Assembly: GCA_048616715.1 (NCBI GenBank)
Contig: JBMCIT010000001.1
Coordinates: 1-33,625, forward strand
Reading direction: 5' to 3'
DNA from: Tangfeifania sp.
GTDB lineage: Bacteria > Bacteroidota > Bacteroidia > Bacteroidales > Prolixibacteraceae
Length of the DNA: 33,625 nucleotides
This document shows, in pieces, positions 1-9,188 of this stretch. The notes beneath the pieces are model-generated. The model saw nothing but the letters and a program-made list of their open reading frames with translations, did no database searches and was not told where the DNA came from. Both the position numbers and the translations under genes were made by a program. The first letter of the stretch is position 1; the number at the start of each line of letters is the position of its first letter.

Positions 1-1
1 T

Positions 2-26
2 AAAAAAAGGGAGCCGTTGCTCCCTT
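2..26. terminator. Rho-independent terminator-like hairpin
   Basis: Stem AAGGGAGC (7-14) / GCTCCCTT (19-26), loop CGTT, A7 tract on the left (U-tract on minus strand). The gene it serves is not identifiable in the window. Confidence 0.6.
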
Positions 27-112
27 GCTGTTTAATACTTATCTCTAAAAAAAATGCACGAAATAATTTAGTCTGAATTTTCTGAAATTTCAGTTAATCT
101 TTTAAACCATAA

Positions 113-517
113 CCTGTTCCCTACACTGTAATAAGTATCCTGTATATCAGGGTTTTTACGCAACTCTTCGGCAGTATACGGGAAAATCAGGAACTCGCCC
201 CAAAAAACCCAATCAGCGAAAAAGCCAGATTCCATGCCGAAAAAGCAGTATATAATATTCTTAACAGCTTCCCGGAAGGTTTTTTTGAAGTAGTATATAT
301 TTCACCGGTAGAGGTTCAAAATGAAGTGCTTTCAAACAGCAGCAATTCAACTTCTTTGGGATTGCAATTTTTGTTCAGAAAAAAAATAACACCGGATGCG
401 TATTTCGAAAAACTTTTAAAAAGGCAGGTAATTGACCGGCTGACAAACATTAATGAATTACCCGAAAAAGTATTTACAGCAGCCACCAAAAGTTATGTGC
501 CAAATAATTTTCAATAA
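113..517 (+). pseudogene. Open frame of about 134 codons lacking a canonical start until GTG at 326; probable gene remnant or non-canonical-start CDS
   Basis: The frame of track ORF 326..517 stays open back to TAA at 110-112 (..FHAEKAVYNILNSFPEGFFEVVYISPVEVQNEVL..). No family recognised. Confidence 0.35.
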
Positions 518-540
518 AAAAAGGGCAGTTGCCTGCCCTT
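516..540 (-). terminator. Rho-independent terminator of the 562..1272 gene
   Basis: Stem AAGGGCAG (521-528) / CTGCCCTT (533-540) with an adjacent A tract (U-tract on minus), about 20 bp past the stop. Confidence 0.75.
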
Positions 541-561
541 CAAACCTGTTTAAAATTTTTA

Positions 562-1272
562 TTACGGCTTTTCAAAAATTGAATTGTCAATCGGGGTGCC
601 AAATTTCAGGTCTTTGAAATTAATAACAGCAGAACCCATTGGCGATTTCGACTCAATTTTGGTGGCCACTTTCACACCGTCAACTTCCTTGTAGTCACTC
701 ATTACCTGCTCAATAGTTACTTCCTCGCCCTGGGCGTCTACCTTGCTGGTTACTTTTTTTACGAGGTAATCCTCGGTTCCGATGTAGTAATTTTTTTCCA
801 CACCTTTGTCGTCGGTAAGTTTAATGTTGAATACTTCATCGTCGCCCAAAAATTCTTTCCCGAGCAACTCTGCCGTATATCCCTTTTTTTCGTAATTGTA
901 CAGTTCTCCGTCGATATCGGCCTGCTCCATGGCTTGTTCCAGTTGCGGGCCCGATAATTCCTGCGGCTGCGAACCACCACCGGGAACAATCATCCAGCCT
1001 TTTTCACCATTGTAGGCCTGCACCATTGTTTGCCCCTGCACTTCCATTTCCATCCTGAATTTGTTGGGGCGTTTCATTTTAATTTCCATCGGAATTTCCA
1101 TTCCCATCTGGCTGACAATGGCCGTGATTTCATAAGTTTCCATTTCGAGCAATTCATCCTGCCCAATTGCTTCAAAGTACTTGTTTAAAACATCCTGCAT
1201 TGTCTGGGCATTTACCACGTTTGCTGAAACTGCAAACAGCAGGATAATAAAAGTTACGAGTGTTTTTTTCAT
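562..1272 (-). CDS. Exported LolA-like / outer-membrane lipoprotein-sorting family protein
   Basis: 236 aa; signal peptide MKKTLVTFIILLFAVSANVVNA-Q; KRPNKFRME and AYNGEKGWM motifs typical of LolA-like beta-sheet proteins. Confidence 0.65.
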   Translation of the reverse strand: MKKTLVTFIILLFAVSANVVNAQTMQDVLNKYFEAIGQDELLEMETYEITAIVSQMGMEIPMEIKMKRPNKFRMEMEVQGQTMVQAYNGEKGWMIVPGGGSQPQELSGPQLEQAMEQADIDGELYNYEKKGYTAELLGKEFLGDDEVFNIKLTDDKGVEKNYYIGTEDYLVKKVTSKVDAQGEEVTIEQVMSDYKEVDGVKVATKIESKSPMGSAVINFKDLKFGTPIDNSIFEKP

Positions 1273-1347
1273 TGTGTTGAATTTTGAATTTTAAAAATTT
1301 CAGTGTTAAATCATCAGGTTTTAAATAAATTAGTAACCCTTTATGTT

Positions 1348-1355
1348 CAAAATTA
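1348..1355 (-). promoter_or_regulatory. Bacteroidota housekeeping-sigma -7 element (TAATTTTG)
   Basis: Exact TAnnTTTG match on minus strand, about 75 bp upstream of the 562..1272 start. Confidence 0.5.
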
Positions 1356-1383
1356 CAAAAACCATCCACTAATTCATTTAAAA

Positions 1384-1656
1384 TCAGAAATAGATTTCTG
1401 CAAAAATGCCGGAAAACGGCACTCCCCGTTCAATGAGCAAATCGGGCACTTCGACAACCATAATTGCGCTCCCGCAAATAAAATGAAATCCTTCAAGTTC
1501 AGTCAAAGAACCGGTTACCCGTCCGGGAAATGTATTGTATGACGAATCCTTTGATTAGTACCGCACATAATTACCGGTCAATGCCCATTCCAGTTCATTT
1601 TCAAAATAAAACTGATTGAGAAACCGCACTCAGTGTATCAGTTTTTTATTTCCCTG
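1384..1656 (-). pseudogene. Remnant of ferredoxin-NADP+ reductase (FNR)-like oxidoreductase, C-terminal NAD(P)-binding domain
   Basis: One minus frame reads QGNKKLIH*VRFLNQFYFENELEWALTGNYVRY*SKDSSYNTFPGRVTGSLTELEGFHFICGSAIMVVEVPDLLIERGVPFSGIFAEIYF*. FNR hallmarks: L-x-H-[G]-x-R, GRVT, ICGS-x-x-MV, terminal E-x-Y-F. In-frame stops at 1630-1632 and 1555-1557; no FAD-binding domain upstream. Confidence 0.75.
1608..1645. terminator. Imperfect hairpin, possible terminator for the PHP gene
   Basis: AAAACTGAT (1608-1616) / ATCAGTTTT (1637-1645) with inner TGAG/CTCA pairing and T-rich flanks. Confidence 0.3.
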
Positions 1657-1712
1657 TAAGCTTATATTCTTTTCGGGTTTTCTGCTTCCATTTCAAGCTG
1701 GCCCATTCATAT

Positions 1713-2831
1713 TCACCGATTCACAAACGAAAAGGTAACCACCAGGTTATCGGTGGAATTCACGTGCATGTTTTTTACTTTGTAATAAACTTTCAGCTGG
1801 TTCGTAACGGCTACCTGGTCTGAATTTCCTGTCAATTCGACCGGAGTTACGTGGTGCGCTTTCAAAACCAGAGACTTCGGCGCATCGAACCCAACACCCG
1901 GCTGCACCAATTCAAGTTCATAATCAACATCTGAATTGTTTTCAATTTCAACAATCCGAACGTCGCCATTGGCGAGTCCCAGCGGTGAATCTTCAATATG
2001 CAGCGATGCAAAGAACAGTGGTTCCAGAATTGTGGATGCACCCATAAGCGTATTTTCAAAATATACGGCAGTGCGCTGGCTAAAAAGGGCATCTTTTATT
2101 CCGCTCAGTGTTTTGCTTTTTGAGAATACAAGCGTCATCGGGCGGTGCGTTTTGTCCAAATCGTACGACATTCCAATGGGAGAATGCACATCGGAGTTTC
2201 CAAACATGGTGAGATCTTTTTCGGCGGCCCAGTCAATGGCTTCCGGGTAATACTCTTTTGAATTGTAAACTTCAATTCCATGGAGTAAATCCTGGTTCAG
2301 CAACCGCGTGTGATCTTCCCACCAAAGGGTTGTATCAGGCTGCTGTGCTTTCCAGCCGGGATGGTTCCAAAAAATAAATGCTCCCTGGTCACGTGCTTCC
2401 TGAAGTGCATCAAATACATCGTCACGTTCCAAAAGATTGGCATTTTTAATAAATAAAGCATTCAGATGCCCGGGTGGCATACTTCGGGTAATTTCGGCCG
2501 CCCTGACCAGTATAACCCCCAATTTATCTGCCAGCGGCTCTGCAATTTCATACGAACGGTTATGATCGGACACTACATCTTTTGAATGTGGGCGGTATTC
2601 AATATGATCGGATATGGCAATTATGTCGAGTCCTTCCTGCCACGCCTCTTCCACCCGAACAGTAGGCCATACTGTTCCGTCGGAAAAAACAGTGTGGGTA
2701 TGAAAATCGCCTTTCAGGGTTTGATAACCCGGAATATCAGGGATATCAATGATTTTCCGCAACTGTGAAAAGACCGGCCCCGTACAAACCAGTAAAAAAT
2801 AAATCAGAAGTAAAATATAATTCTTTCGCAT
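1713..2831 (-). CDS. Secreted PHP-domain phosphoesterase / phosphodiesterase with C-terminal beta-rich domain
   Basis: 372 aa; signal peptide; PHP motifs GDFHTHTVFSDG, ISDH, NHP, GNSDVH. Confidence 0.85.
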   Translation of the reverse strand: MRKNYILLLIYFLLVCTGPVFSQLRKIIDIPDIPGYQTLKGDFHTHTVFSDGTVWPTVRVEEAWQEGLDIIAISDHIEYRPHSKDVVSDHNRSYEIAEPLADKLGVILVRAAEITRSMPPGHLNALFIKNANLLERDDVFDALQEARDQGAFIFWNHPGWKAQQPDTTLWWEDHTRLLNQDLLHGIEVYNSKEYYPEAIDWAAEKDLTMFGNSDVHSPIGMSYDLDKTHRPMTLVFSKSKTLSGIKDALFSQRTAVYFENTLMGASTILEPLFFASLHIEDSPLGLANGDVRIVEIENNSDVDYELELVQPGVGFDAPKSLVLKAHHVTPVELTGNSDQVAVTNQLKVYYKVKNMHVNSTDNLVVTFSFVNR

Positions 2832-2965
2832 TGCTTTTAAAGTTTAAAAAGTTACCTCTTTTCGAGACAATAAATATCTGAGTTTTTATTCAACTCAATG
2901 CTATAAAGGGTATTAAAAATTTATATTTTGTGAAGGAATGATTAAATTTAACGAAAATACAGCAA

Positions 2966-2988
2966 TCTTTTTAATTTTTTTAAAAAGA
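2966..2988. promoter_or_regulatory. Candidate operator for the adjacent ROK repressor
   Basis: 23-bp inverted repeat TCTTTTTAA-N5-TTAAAAAGA in the divergent intergenic region, with a TT-N9-AA core. Very AT-rich, so it could be chance. Confidence 0.3.
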
Positions 2989-3038
2989 AACTTGTATCAG
3001 ACCAATTAAATTTTAATCTTTGTTAGCAATATCAAACT

Positions 3039-4262
3039 ATGGAAAAATTCTTTAAACATAACGGTAACCAGAGCCAGGGTGTTGAACAAAAAAAAATCAA
3101 CCATAAAAAGCAAATAATACGGCACCTCTACTTTCGTGGTTCCATGTCGAACTCCGAACTTTCGAAAGTTATTAAACTGAGTACCCCAAAAATAAACAGT
3201 TTACTGATTGAACTTATAAAAGACGGATTGGTAAATGAACTTGGCCGCGGGGATTCCAGCGGGGGAAGACGGCCGAATATTTACGGGCTGGTAGAAAATG
3301 GTTTTTATATAGCGGGAATCACCATAAATATCAACCGAACCATAATTTCAATATTCAACAGCAACAATAAAGAGATAGCAGAACCCCGGTATTTCCCGAT
3401 AAAAATGCAACCGGATTTTAATATATTTCGCCAGGTAAATGAAAAGCTGGATGAAGTACTGAAAAAATACAACATCGACCGGAAGAATGTATTAGCGGTG
3501 GGCCTCGAGCTTCCGGGACTGATCAACCAGAAAAAAGGTATCAATATCACTTATTTCCCTGAAATTATAAACTTTTCTGATGAGCTGATAAAAGTTTTCA
3601 GCATGCCGGTTTATTTCAGTCACGATTCAAAACTGCGTGCTTTTACCGAGCAGCATTTTGGGCTGGCCCGAAACAAAAAAAACGTGCTGATGCTGCAGGC
3701 CGACTGGGGTTTGGGGCTCGGGATAATTATCAACGGAAAGCTTTATCCCGGGAAATCCGGCTACTCCGGTGAATTTGGCCATCTACCCATTGTTGATAAC
3801 GGAATACTTTGCAGTTGCGGGAAACAAGGCTGCCTCGAAACCATTGTTTCGGCAACAGCCATTGCACGCATTGCGCAACAGGGAATTAAAGGAGGCACAT
3901 CCTCGCTTATCAGCGAATTAATTGACAACCAAATCGATAAAACAGATATCACAACAGTAATTGAAGCCGCTAACCGTGGAGACCAGTTTGCCATTTCCAT
4001 TTTATCGGATGTTGGTTACTGGCTGGGTAAAGGCATTGTTTACCTCATACAAATTTTTAATCCTGAACTGATAGTGCTCGGAGGCCGTGTGGCAGAAGCA
4101 AAGCAATTTATTACAGCTCCCATACAGCAGGCAATTAACACATTCAGCAACCGCGACATCAGCAACGATACAGAGATTAAATTTTCAGAACTCGGCCAGC
4201 TTGCCGGCCCGATGGGGGCAGCAGCTTATGCACTCGACAGAATGGCCGCAGAAAAGAAGTAA
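3039..4262 (+). CDS. ROK-family transcriptional repressor (NagC/XylR-like)
   Basis: 407 aa; N-terminal winged HTH, SSGGRRP linker, ROK signature GEFGH and zinc motif CSCGKQGCLE. Confidence 0.9.
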   Translation: MEKFFKHNGNQSQGVEQKKINHKKQIIRHLYFRGSMSNSELSKVIKLSTPKINSLLIELIKDGLVNELGRGDSSGGRRPNIYGLVENGFYIAGITININRTIISIFNSNNKEIAEPRYFPIKMQPDFNIFRQVNEKLDEVLKKYNIDRKNVLAVGLELPGLINQKKGINITYFPEIINFSDELIKVFSMPVYFSHDSKLRAFTEQHFGLARNKKNVLMLQADWGLGLGIIINGKLYPGKSGYSGEFGHLPIVDNGILCSCGKQGCLETIVSATAIARIAQQGIKGGTSSLISELIDNQIDKTDITTVIEAANRGDQFAISILSDVGYWLGKGIVYLIQIFNPELIVLGGRVAEAKQFITAPIQQAINTFSNRDISNDTEIKFSELGQLAGPMGAAAYALDRMAAEKK

Positions 4263-4354
4263 CCCAGGCCTGTAATTATTGTTTGAAACTCAAATGGTAA
4301 TTTCACTTTAAAACGAAAAAGATAGTAAGTGCCAATTAAAAAAAAGCAGAATCC

Positions 4355-6676
4355 ATGAAATTAAATTTTACGAAAGCAGAAGAGGCATTTTTCAACGAAT
4401 CGAAGCTAAAAAACATTACAACCCGGCTGCCCTATATTGCGGTCGACAGTTTTCCGAAACTGGGGTTGCTCTCAGCAATCAGCTTTCTCGAGTGGGCCTC
4501 TGAAAACCCTGATGGAGTGGTTTCTTTACCTACCGGGAAAACAGCCCAGTATTTTTTGCAGTTTACCCACCTGCTGCTCGAAAACTGGGGCAATAAAAAA
4601 GGAAAAGACATTCTGGAAAAATATGGCCTGAAAAATTTGAAAAAACCTGAACTCAAAAACCTGCAGTTTGTGCAAATGGGCGAATTTTATCCCATCGATT
4701 CTGAACAACACAACAGTTTATATAATTTTGTCCAAAAAAATTACATCGAAGGATTTGGGCTCGATCCTAAAAAAGCCCTGCTGATAGATTCAAATTCAAT
4801 TCAATTGGCCGACAATAAAACGTACAGCGAAGTTTTTCCCGATTTTGAAATCGATTTATCGTTGCGCTACCGCGAGGCAAAATCCGATTTGGAGCGCCTT
4901 CAGCAGGAATCAATTTTTAAAATTGACCAGTGGTGTACCAGCTACGAAAATAAAATCAGGGAAAAAGGAGGCATCGGTTATTTTCTCAGCGGAATAGGCC
5001 CGGACGGCCACATTGCATTTAACACCCGCGGCACCCAGCATTTTTCTCCTGCACGGCTTACCGAAACAAACTTTGAAACACAGGCAGTTACTGCAACCGA
5101 TCTTGGCGGGATTGAAGTTTCGAGAAAAAGACTGGTAATTACCATCGGCCTCGGAACACTGGGTTACAATCCCGAAAACAAAGCCATTATTTATGCAGCC
5201 GGCGAAGCAATTGCCGAAACAATTAAAAATTCTCTTGAAAGTGAACCCAATGTGCTTTATCCTGCCACATCGTTGCAAAAACTGAAGAACAGCCGGTTTT
5301 TCCTCACTGACGGAGCTGCCGTAAAACTGGAGGATGCAATTGAAGATTTTTATAACAGAGGGCCATGGACACACAAAAAAACAGAGCGTGCAGTTATGGA
5401 ATTGTGTGTGAAAATCAACAAATTCGGCGACAAGCTGGAACTCGATGATTTAAAAAATGACAAATACTGCAGCCGTATTCCCGGGTTGAATGAAGATACC
5501 ATTCAGTCGGTAATCGATTCAATTACAGCGAAAATTGAAAAAGGCATGAAAAAAGAAACGGACCAGGTTTTTTACCATACAGGTCCGCATCACGACGATA
5601 TCATGCTTGGGATTATGCCGCTCACCAACCGGCAGTCGCGCGATGCCAGCAACGAGATGCACTTTTCTGTATTAACTTCAGGATTTACAGCCGTTACCAA
5701 CAATTTTCTTTACGATCTTCTTACCGACACCAAAGATCTGATGAACAAAGGAAAAATTGAAATGATTGATTATCCCGATTTTTTCAAAGACGGTTATAAA
5801 TTTAAATGGGATAAAGATATATATCATTACCTGGATAACATTGCTGCCCAAAACCCGGAGGAAAAACGGCGCGGCGTTTGCCACCGGCTGGTGCGCGCCC
5901 TGGTTTCAATTTGGGGAATAAAAGATAAAAATGAATTGCGCGAAGTCATTTACGAAGTGCTTTCGTCGTTGCGAAACAGCTATGCAGGCAGCAAAAACCC
6001 GCCAAAAATTCAGAAACTAAAAGGAATGATCCGCGAGTTGGAAGAAGAACTGGTGTGGGCACACTACGGAATTATGGTGAAAAATGTGCACCACCTGCGT
6101 CTCGGTTTTTATCAAAACAATGTGATGGGCAGCCAGCCCGACATGGAAAAAGATGTACTTCCGATTCTCGAAGATTTCAGAAAATACAAACCAACTGTTG
6201 TGAGCCTGGCAATGGATCCCCAGGGAAGCGGACCTGACACGCACTACAAAGTGCTTCAGGCAATTGCCCGCGCAGTGGAAGAATGGGACAAAGAAGAAGA
6301 TTTAAGCAACCTTCGAATTGTTGGTTACCGGAATGTGTGGTTCCGCTACAATCCGTGGGATGTTGAAGTAATGGTGCCTGTTTCGCTGAATGCCCTGGCT
6401 ACGCTCAACAAGTCGTTCGAAGAATGCTATGTAACACAGGTGAACGCCTCGTTCCCGAGCTACCAGCACGATGGAAAATTCAGCGAACTCACCCAACGTG
6501 TGTGGTTCGAACAGCACAAACAAATTCAGTTCCTGCTCGGTAAAAACTTTTTCTACCAAAATGAATCGCCGCTATTGCGGGCCACTCACGGAATGGTTTA
6601 CATCAGGGAACTGAGTGTGAAAGAATTTTTAAAAGAAGCTTCAAGTCTGGGTAAATCGATGGAAGGAATTTTTTAA
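4355..6676 (+). CDS. Fusion of a glucosamine-6-phosphate deaminase-like domain and a PIG-L/LmbE-type N-deacetylase domain
   Basis: 773 aa; N-terminal [24 protein letters not shown] (NagB fold); C-terminal HTGPHHDD and DPQGSGPDTH (LmbE-type metal motifs). Confidence 0.85.
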   Translation: MKLNFTKAEEAFFNESKLKNITTRLPYIAVDSFPKLGLLSAISFLEWASENPDGVVSLPTGKTAQYFLQFTHLLLENWGNKKGKDILEKYGLKNLKKPELKNLQFVQMGEFYPIDSEQHNSLYNFVQKNYIEGFGLDPKKALLIDSNSIQLADNKTYSEVFPDFEIDLSLRYREAKSDLERLQQESIFKIDQWCTSYENKIREKGGIGYFLSGIGPDGHIAFNTRGTQHFSPARLTETNFETQAVTATDLGGIEVSRKRLVITIGLGTLGYNPENKAIIYAAGEAIAETIKNSLESEPNVLYPATSLQKLKNSRFFLTDGAAVKLEDAIEDFYNRGPWTHKKTERAVMELCVKINKFGDKLELDDLKNDKYCSRIPGLNEDTIQSVIDSITAKIEKGMKKETDQVFYHTGPHHDDIMLGIMPLTNRQSRDASNEMHFSVLTSGFTAVTNNFLYDLLTDTKDLMNKGKIEMIDYPDFFKDGYKFKWDKDIYHYLDNIAAQNPEEKRRGVCHRLVRALVSIWGIKDKNELREVIYEVLSSLRNSYAGSKNPPKIQKLKGMIRELEEELVWAHYGIMVKNVHHLRLGFYQNNVMGSQPDMEKDVLPILEDFRKYKPTVVSLAMDPQGSGPDTHYKVLQAIARAVEEWDKEEDLSNLRIVGYRNVWFRYNPWDVEVMVPVSLNALATLNKSFEECYVTQVNASFPSYQHDGKFSELTQRVWFEQHKQIQFLLGKNFFYQNESPLLRATHGMVYIRELSVKEFLKEASSLGKSMEGIF

Positions 6677-6689
6677 AATAAAATAAATT

Positions 6690-7481
6690 ATGAGAATACT
6701 GATTCATAAAGACTACCAGCAGTTAAGTAAATGGACTGCCCGTTACATTGCCGGCAAAATCAATGAATTCAATCCAACACCCGATAAACCTTTTGTTTTG
6801 GGACTCCCAACCGGATCTTCGCCGGTTGGTGTTTATACCGAACTAATTGAGCTTGTTAAACAGGGAAACCTTTCGTTTAAAAATGTTGTCACTTTTAACA
6901 TGGATGAGTATGTTGGAATTCCGGAAGATCATCCACAGAGTTATCACTATTTCATGGATGAAAATTTATTCAATCACATCGATATTCCACGCGAAAATAT
7001 TAATATTTTAAACGGAAATGCAGCCAATCTAAATAAAGAATGCGAAGCATACGAGCAAAAAATAAAAGATGCGGGCGGTATCCACCTGTTCCTCGGAGGA
7101 ATTGGCCCTGACGGGCACATTGCATTTAACGAACCAGGATCCTCACTGAGTTCAAAAACACGCATAAAAACGCTGACCTACGATACCATTCTGGCCAATT
7201 CGCGGTTTTTCGACAATGACATCAGCAAAGTACCGAAAACCGCACTCACGGTTGGTGTCGGCACAGTAATGCAGGCCAGGGAAGTAGTAATTATTGTAAA
7301 TGGCTACAATAAAGCCCGGGCGCTTCAAAAAGTGGTGGAAGAGGGCATTAATCACATGTGGACAGTGTCAGTTTTACAAATGCATCCGAAAGGAATGATT
7401 GTATGCGACGACGATGCAACCATGGAACTGAAAGTTGGAACAGTAAAGTATTTTAAGGATATTGAAAAGGAAGAACTGTAA
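6690..7481 (+). CDS. nagB: Glucosamine-6-phosphate deaminase
   Basis: 263 aa; [15 protein letters not shown] (D72), [17 protein letters not shown] (H143, E148), all at E. coli NagB numbering. Confidence 0.97.
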   Translation: MRILIHKDYQQLSKWTARYIAGKINEFNPTPDKPFVLGLPTGSSPVGVYTELIELVKQGNLSFKNVVTFNMDEYVGIPEDHPQSYHYFMDENLFNHIDIPRENINILNGNAANLNKECEAYEQKIKDAGGIHLFLGGIGPDGHIAFNEPGSSLSSKTRIKTLTYDTILANSRFFDNDISKVPKTALTVGVGTVMQAREVVIIVNGYNKARALQKVVEEGINHMWTVSVLQMHPKGMIVCDDDATMELKVGTVKYFKDIEKEEL

Positions 7482-7483
7482 TT

Positions 7484-7517
7484 AAAACTGCCCTTCCTTA
7501 CGCGGAGGGCAGTTTTT
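7484..7517. terminator. Bidirectional Rho-independent terminator between nagB and znuB
   Basis: AAAACTGCCCT(T)CC ... GGAGGGCAGTTTTT immediately after the nagB stop. Confidence 0.85.
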
Positions 7518-7626
7518 AATAATCCCGAATTGATGGGTGCAATTTGCACCTGCGAAAAATACATTTTCTTTTTACCTGCAACAAAATTATGCCTTTCAAA
7601 ATGCATATATTTTAAAACATTTAAAA

Positions 7627-8439
7627 TTATTTGAAAAAATATTTATACACCCGGAGCAGGGCAAAAATAATAACCAGCGTAAAAATGATTGCTGCACCCG
7701 ATGGAATATCCAAAAAGTAGGAAATAAACAAACCCGAAATGGTTCCGATAAATGCAAAAAGCGAAGCGAGAAGCAGCATTTTCAGAAAATCTTTGGTAAA
7801 CAAATTGGCCGTGGCCTGCGGAATAGTAAGCAGTGAAAGAATCAGAATGATTCCAACCACACGTATATTCAACACCACAGTAAGTGCAATAAGTGTAATG
7901 GTTAGATAGTTGAACAAAGTTACCGGAAGTCCGGCTGCGCGGGCAAATTCCTCATCAAAGGCTATGTACAGAATTTTCCGGAAGAAAAACACAAAAAAAA
8001 GTATTATCAGCACATTCAGGGCAAACATCCACAACAGTTCAGAGATGGTAACGGTGAGGATATTTCCGAAAAGATAGCTCATTAAGTTGGGCGTGTATCC
8101 GGGTGTCATAAAAACAAAAATGATTCCCAGTGCCATACCCAGCGACCACCAGATGGCAATGGATGAATCCTCGCGAACATGGGCCACTTTGGTAAAAAAC
8201 TGGATACCCAGGGCCGACATCACAGCAAATAAAACTGCACCGAGAAGTGGATTAAACCCCACCAAAAATGCCAGGCCTATCCCGCCAAAAGAAGCATGAG
8301 TGATGCCTCCGCTAACAAAAACAATACGGCGGGAAACAATGTAGCTGCCGATAATCCCACACGAAATGCTGGCAAAAACCGCAGCCCCAAAAGCTTTAAG
8401 GAAAAAATCGTATGAAAAAAGTTCAATTAATGGGCTCAT
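7627..8439 (-). CDS. znuB: Zn/Mn ABC transporter permease
   Basis: 270 aa, hydrophobic; GITHASFGGIG, YLFGNIL, FDEEFARAAG, VVGIIL motifs of ABC-3 permeases. Confidence 0.9.
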   Translation of the reverse strand: MSPLIELFSYDFFLKAFGAAVFASISCGIIGSYIVSRRIVFVSGGITHASFGGIGLAFLVGFNPLLGAVLFAVMSALGIQFFTKVAHVREDSSIAIWWSLGMALGIIFVFMTPGYTPNLMSYLFGNILTVTISELLWMFALNVLIILFFVFFFRKILYIAFDEEFARAAGLPVTLFNYLTITLIALTVVLNIRVVGIILILSLLTIPQATANLFTKDFLKMLLLASLFAFIGTISGLFISYFLDIPSGAAIIFTLVIIFALLRVYKYFFK

Positions 8440-8441
8440 TT

Positions 8442-9188
8442 TTATTTATGGCTTTTTAAAACAGTGTGTGGAATATCTCCGTGCGAAATAATTTTTATCG
8501 GACAATTGTAGCCGTCGAGCTGGCTTTGAGTGATTATATTATCGGGATGATAATGCAATTCACCGTTCAAACAGGCTATGGTTTTTACATAGCTCGAAAT
8601 CGTGCCTACATCATGCGAAACAAGCAAAATAGCCATCTCTTTATTCAACTCTTTAAGCTTCTCGTAGAGTTCGCCTTCAAAACGGTTGTCGACAAAAGTA
8701 TCGGGTTCGTCGAGAATCAGAATTTTGGGATCGCTGAGCAATGCACGGCATAAAAACACGCGCTGCATTTGTCCGCCGGAAAGATCGCCAATGGCTTTGT
8801 TTCGGATTCCGGAAATTCCCATCTCCGCGAGCAACCGTTCTACTTTTTGCTTTATTTGGGTGGAAGTAACCTGTTTCGGACTTTTCATGACAGACCCCGA
8901 ACGCACAACTTCGTATACGGTGATCGGAAAATTGCGGTCGATGTGTTTTACCTGCGGCAGGTAGCCAATCGGTTTTTTGCGCCTGTTGATGTCTTCCCTG
9001 AAGATTATTTTTCCTTTCATCGGCTTCAACAATCCTAAAATGGCTTTCAAAAGGGTTGTTTTACCTCCACCGTTCGGACCGATGATTCCCAGAAAATCTC
9101 TCTCGTGTATTTCGAGATTTACATCATGCAAAACAGGCTCTTTATCGTAGCCAACCGAAAGGTTTTCTATTTTTATTAATGGTTTCAT
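8442..9188 (-). CDS. znuC: Zn/Mn ABC transporter ATP-binding protein
   Basis: Walker A GPNGGGKTT, LSGGQMQR signature, Walker B LILDEP, SHD switch; overlaps znuA by 4 bp. Confidence 0.9.
   Translation of the reverse strand: MKPLIKIENLSVGYDKEPVLHDVNLEIHERDFLGIIGPNGGGKTTLLKAILGLLKPMKGKIIFREDINRRKKPIGYLPQVKHIDRNFPITVYEVVRSGSVMKSPKQVTSTQIKQKVERLLAEMGISGIRNKAIGDLSGGQMQRVFLCRALLSDPKILILDEPDTFVDNRFEGELYEKLKELNKEMAILLVSHDVGTISSYVKTIACLNGELHYHPDNIITQSQLDGYNCPIKIISHGDIPHTVLKSHK

Noticed and set aside
1303-1542. 79-aa plus-strand ORF in the 1272-1713 gap
   Set aside because: Better explained as antisense to the FNR remnant and the promoter of the LolA-like gene.
1555-1632. Stop-codon readthrough or recoding (for example TGA as Sec or Gly) in the FNR-like frame
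   Set aside because: There are two different stops (TGA and TAA), the N-terminal half is missing, and intact genes here use TGA as a stop; decay is the simpler explanation.
7537-7836. 99-aa plus-strand ORF after nagB
   Set aside because: Lies downstream of a terminator and mostly antisense to znuB; no motifs.
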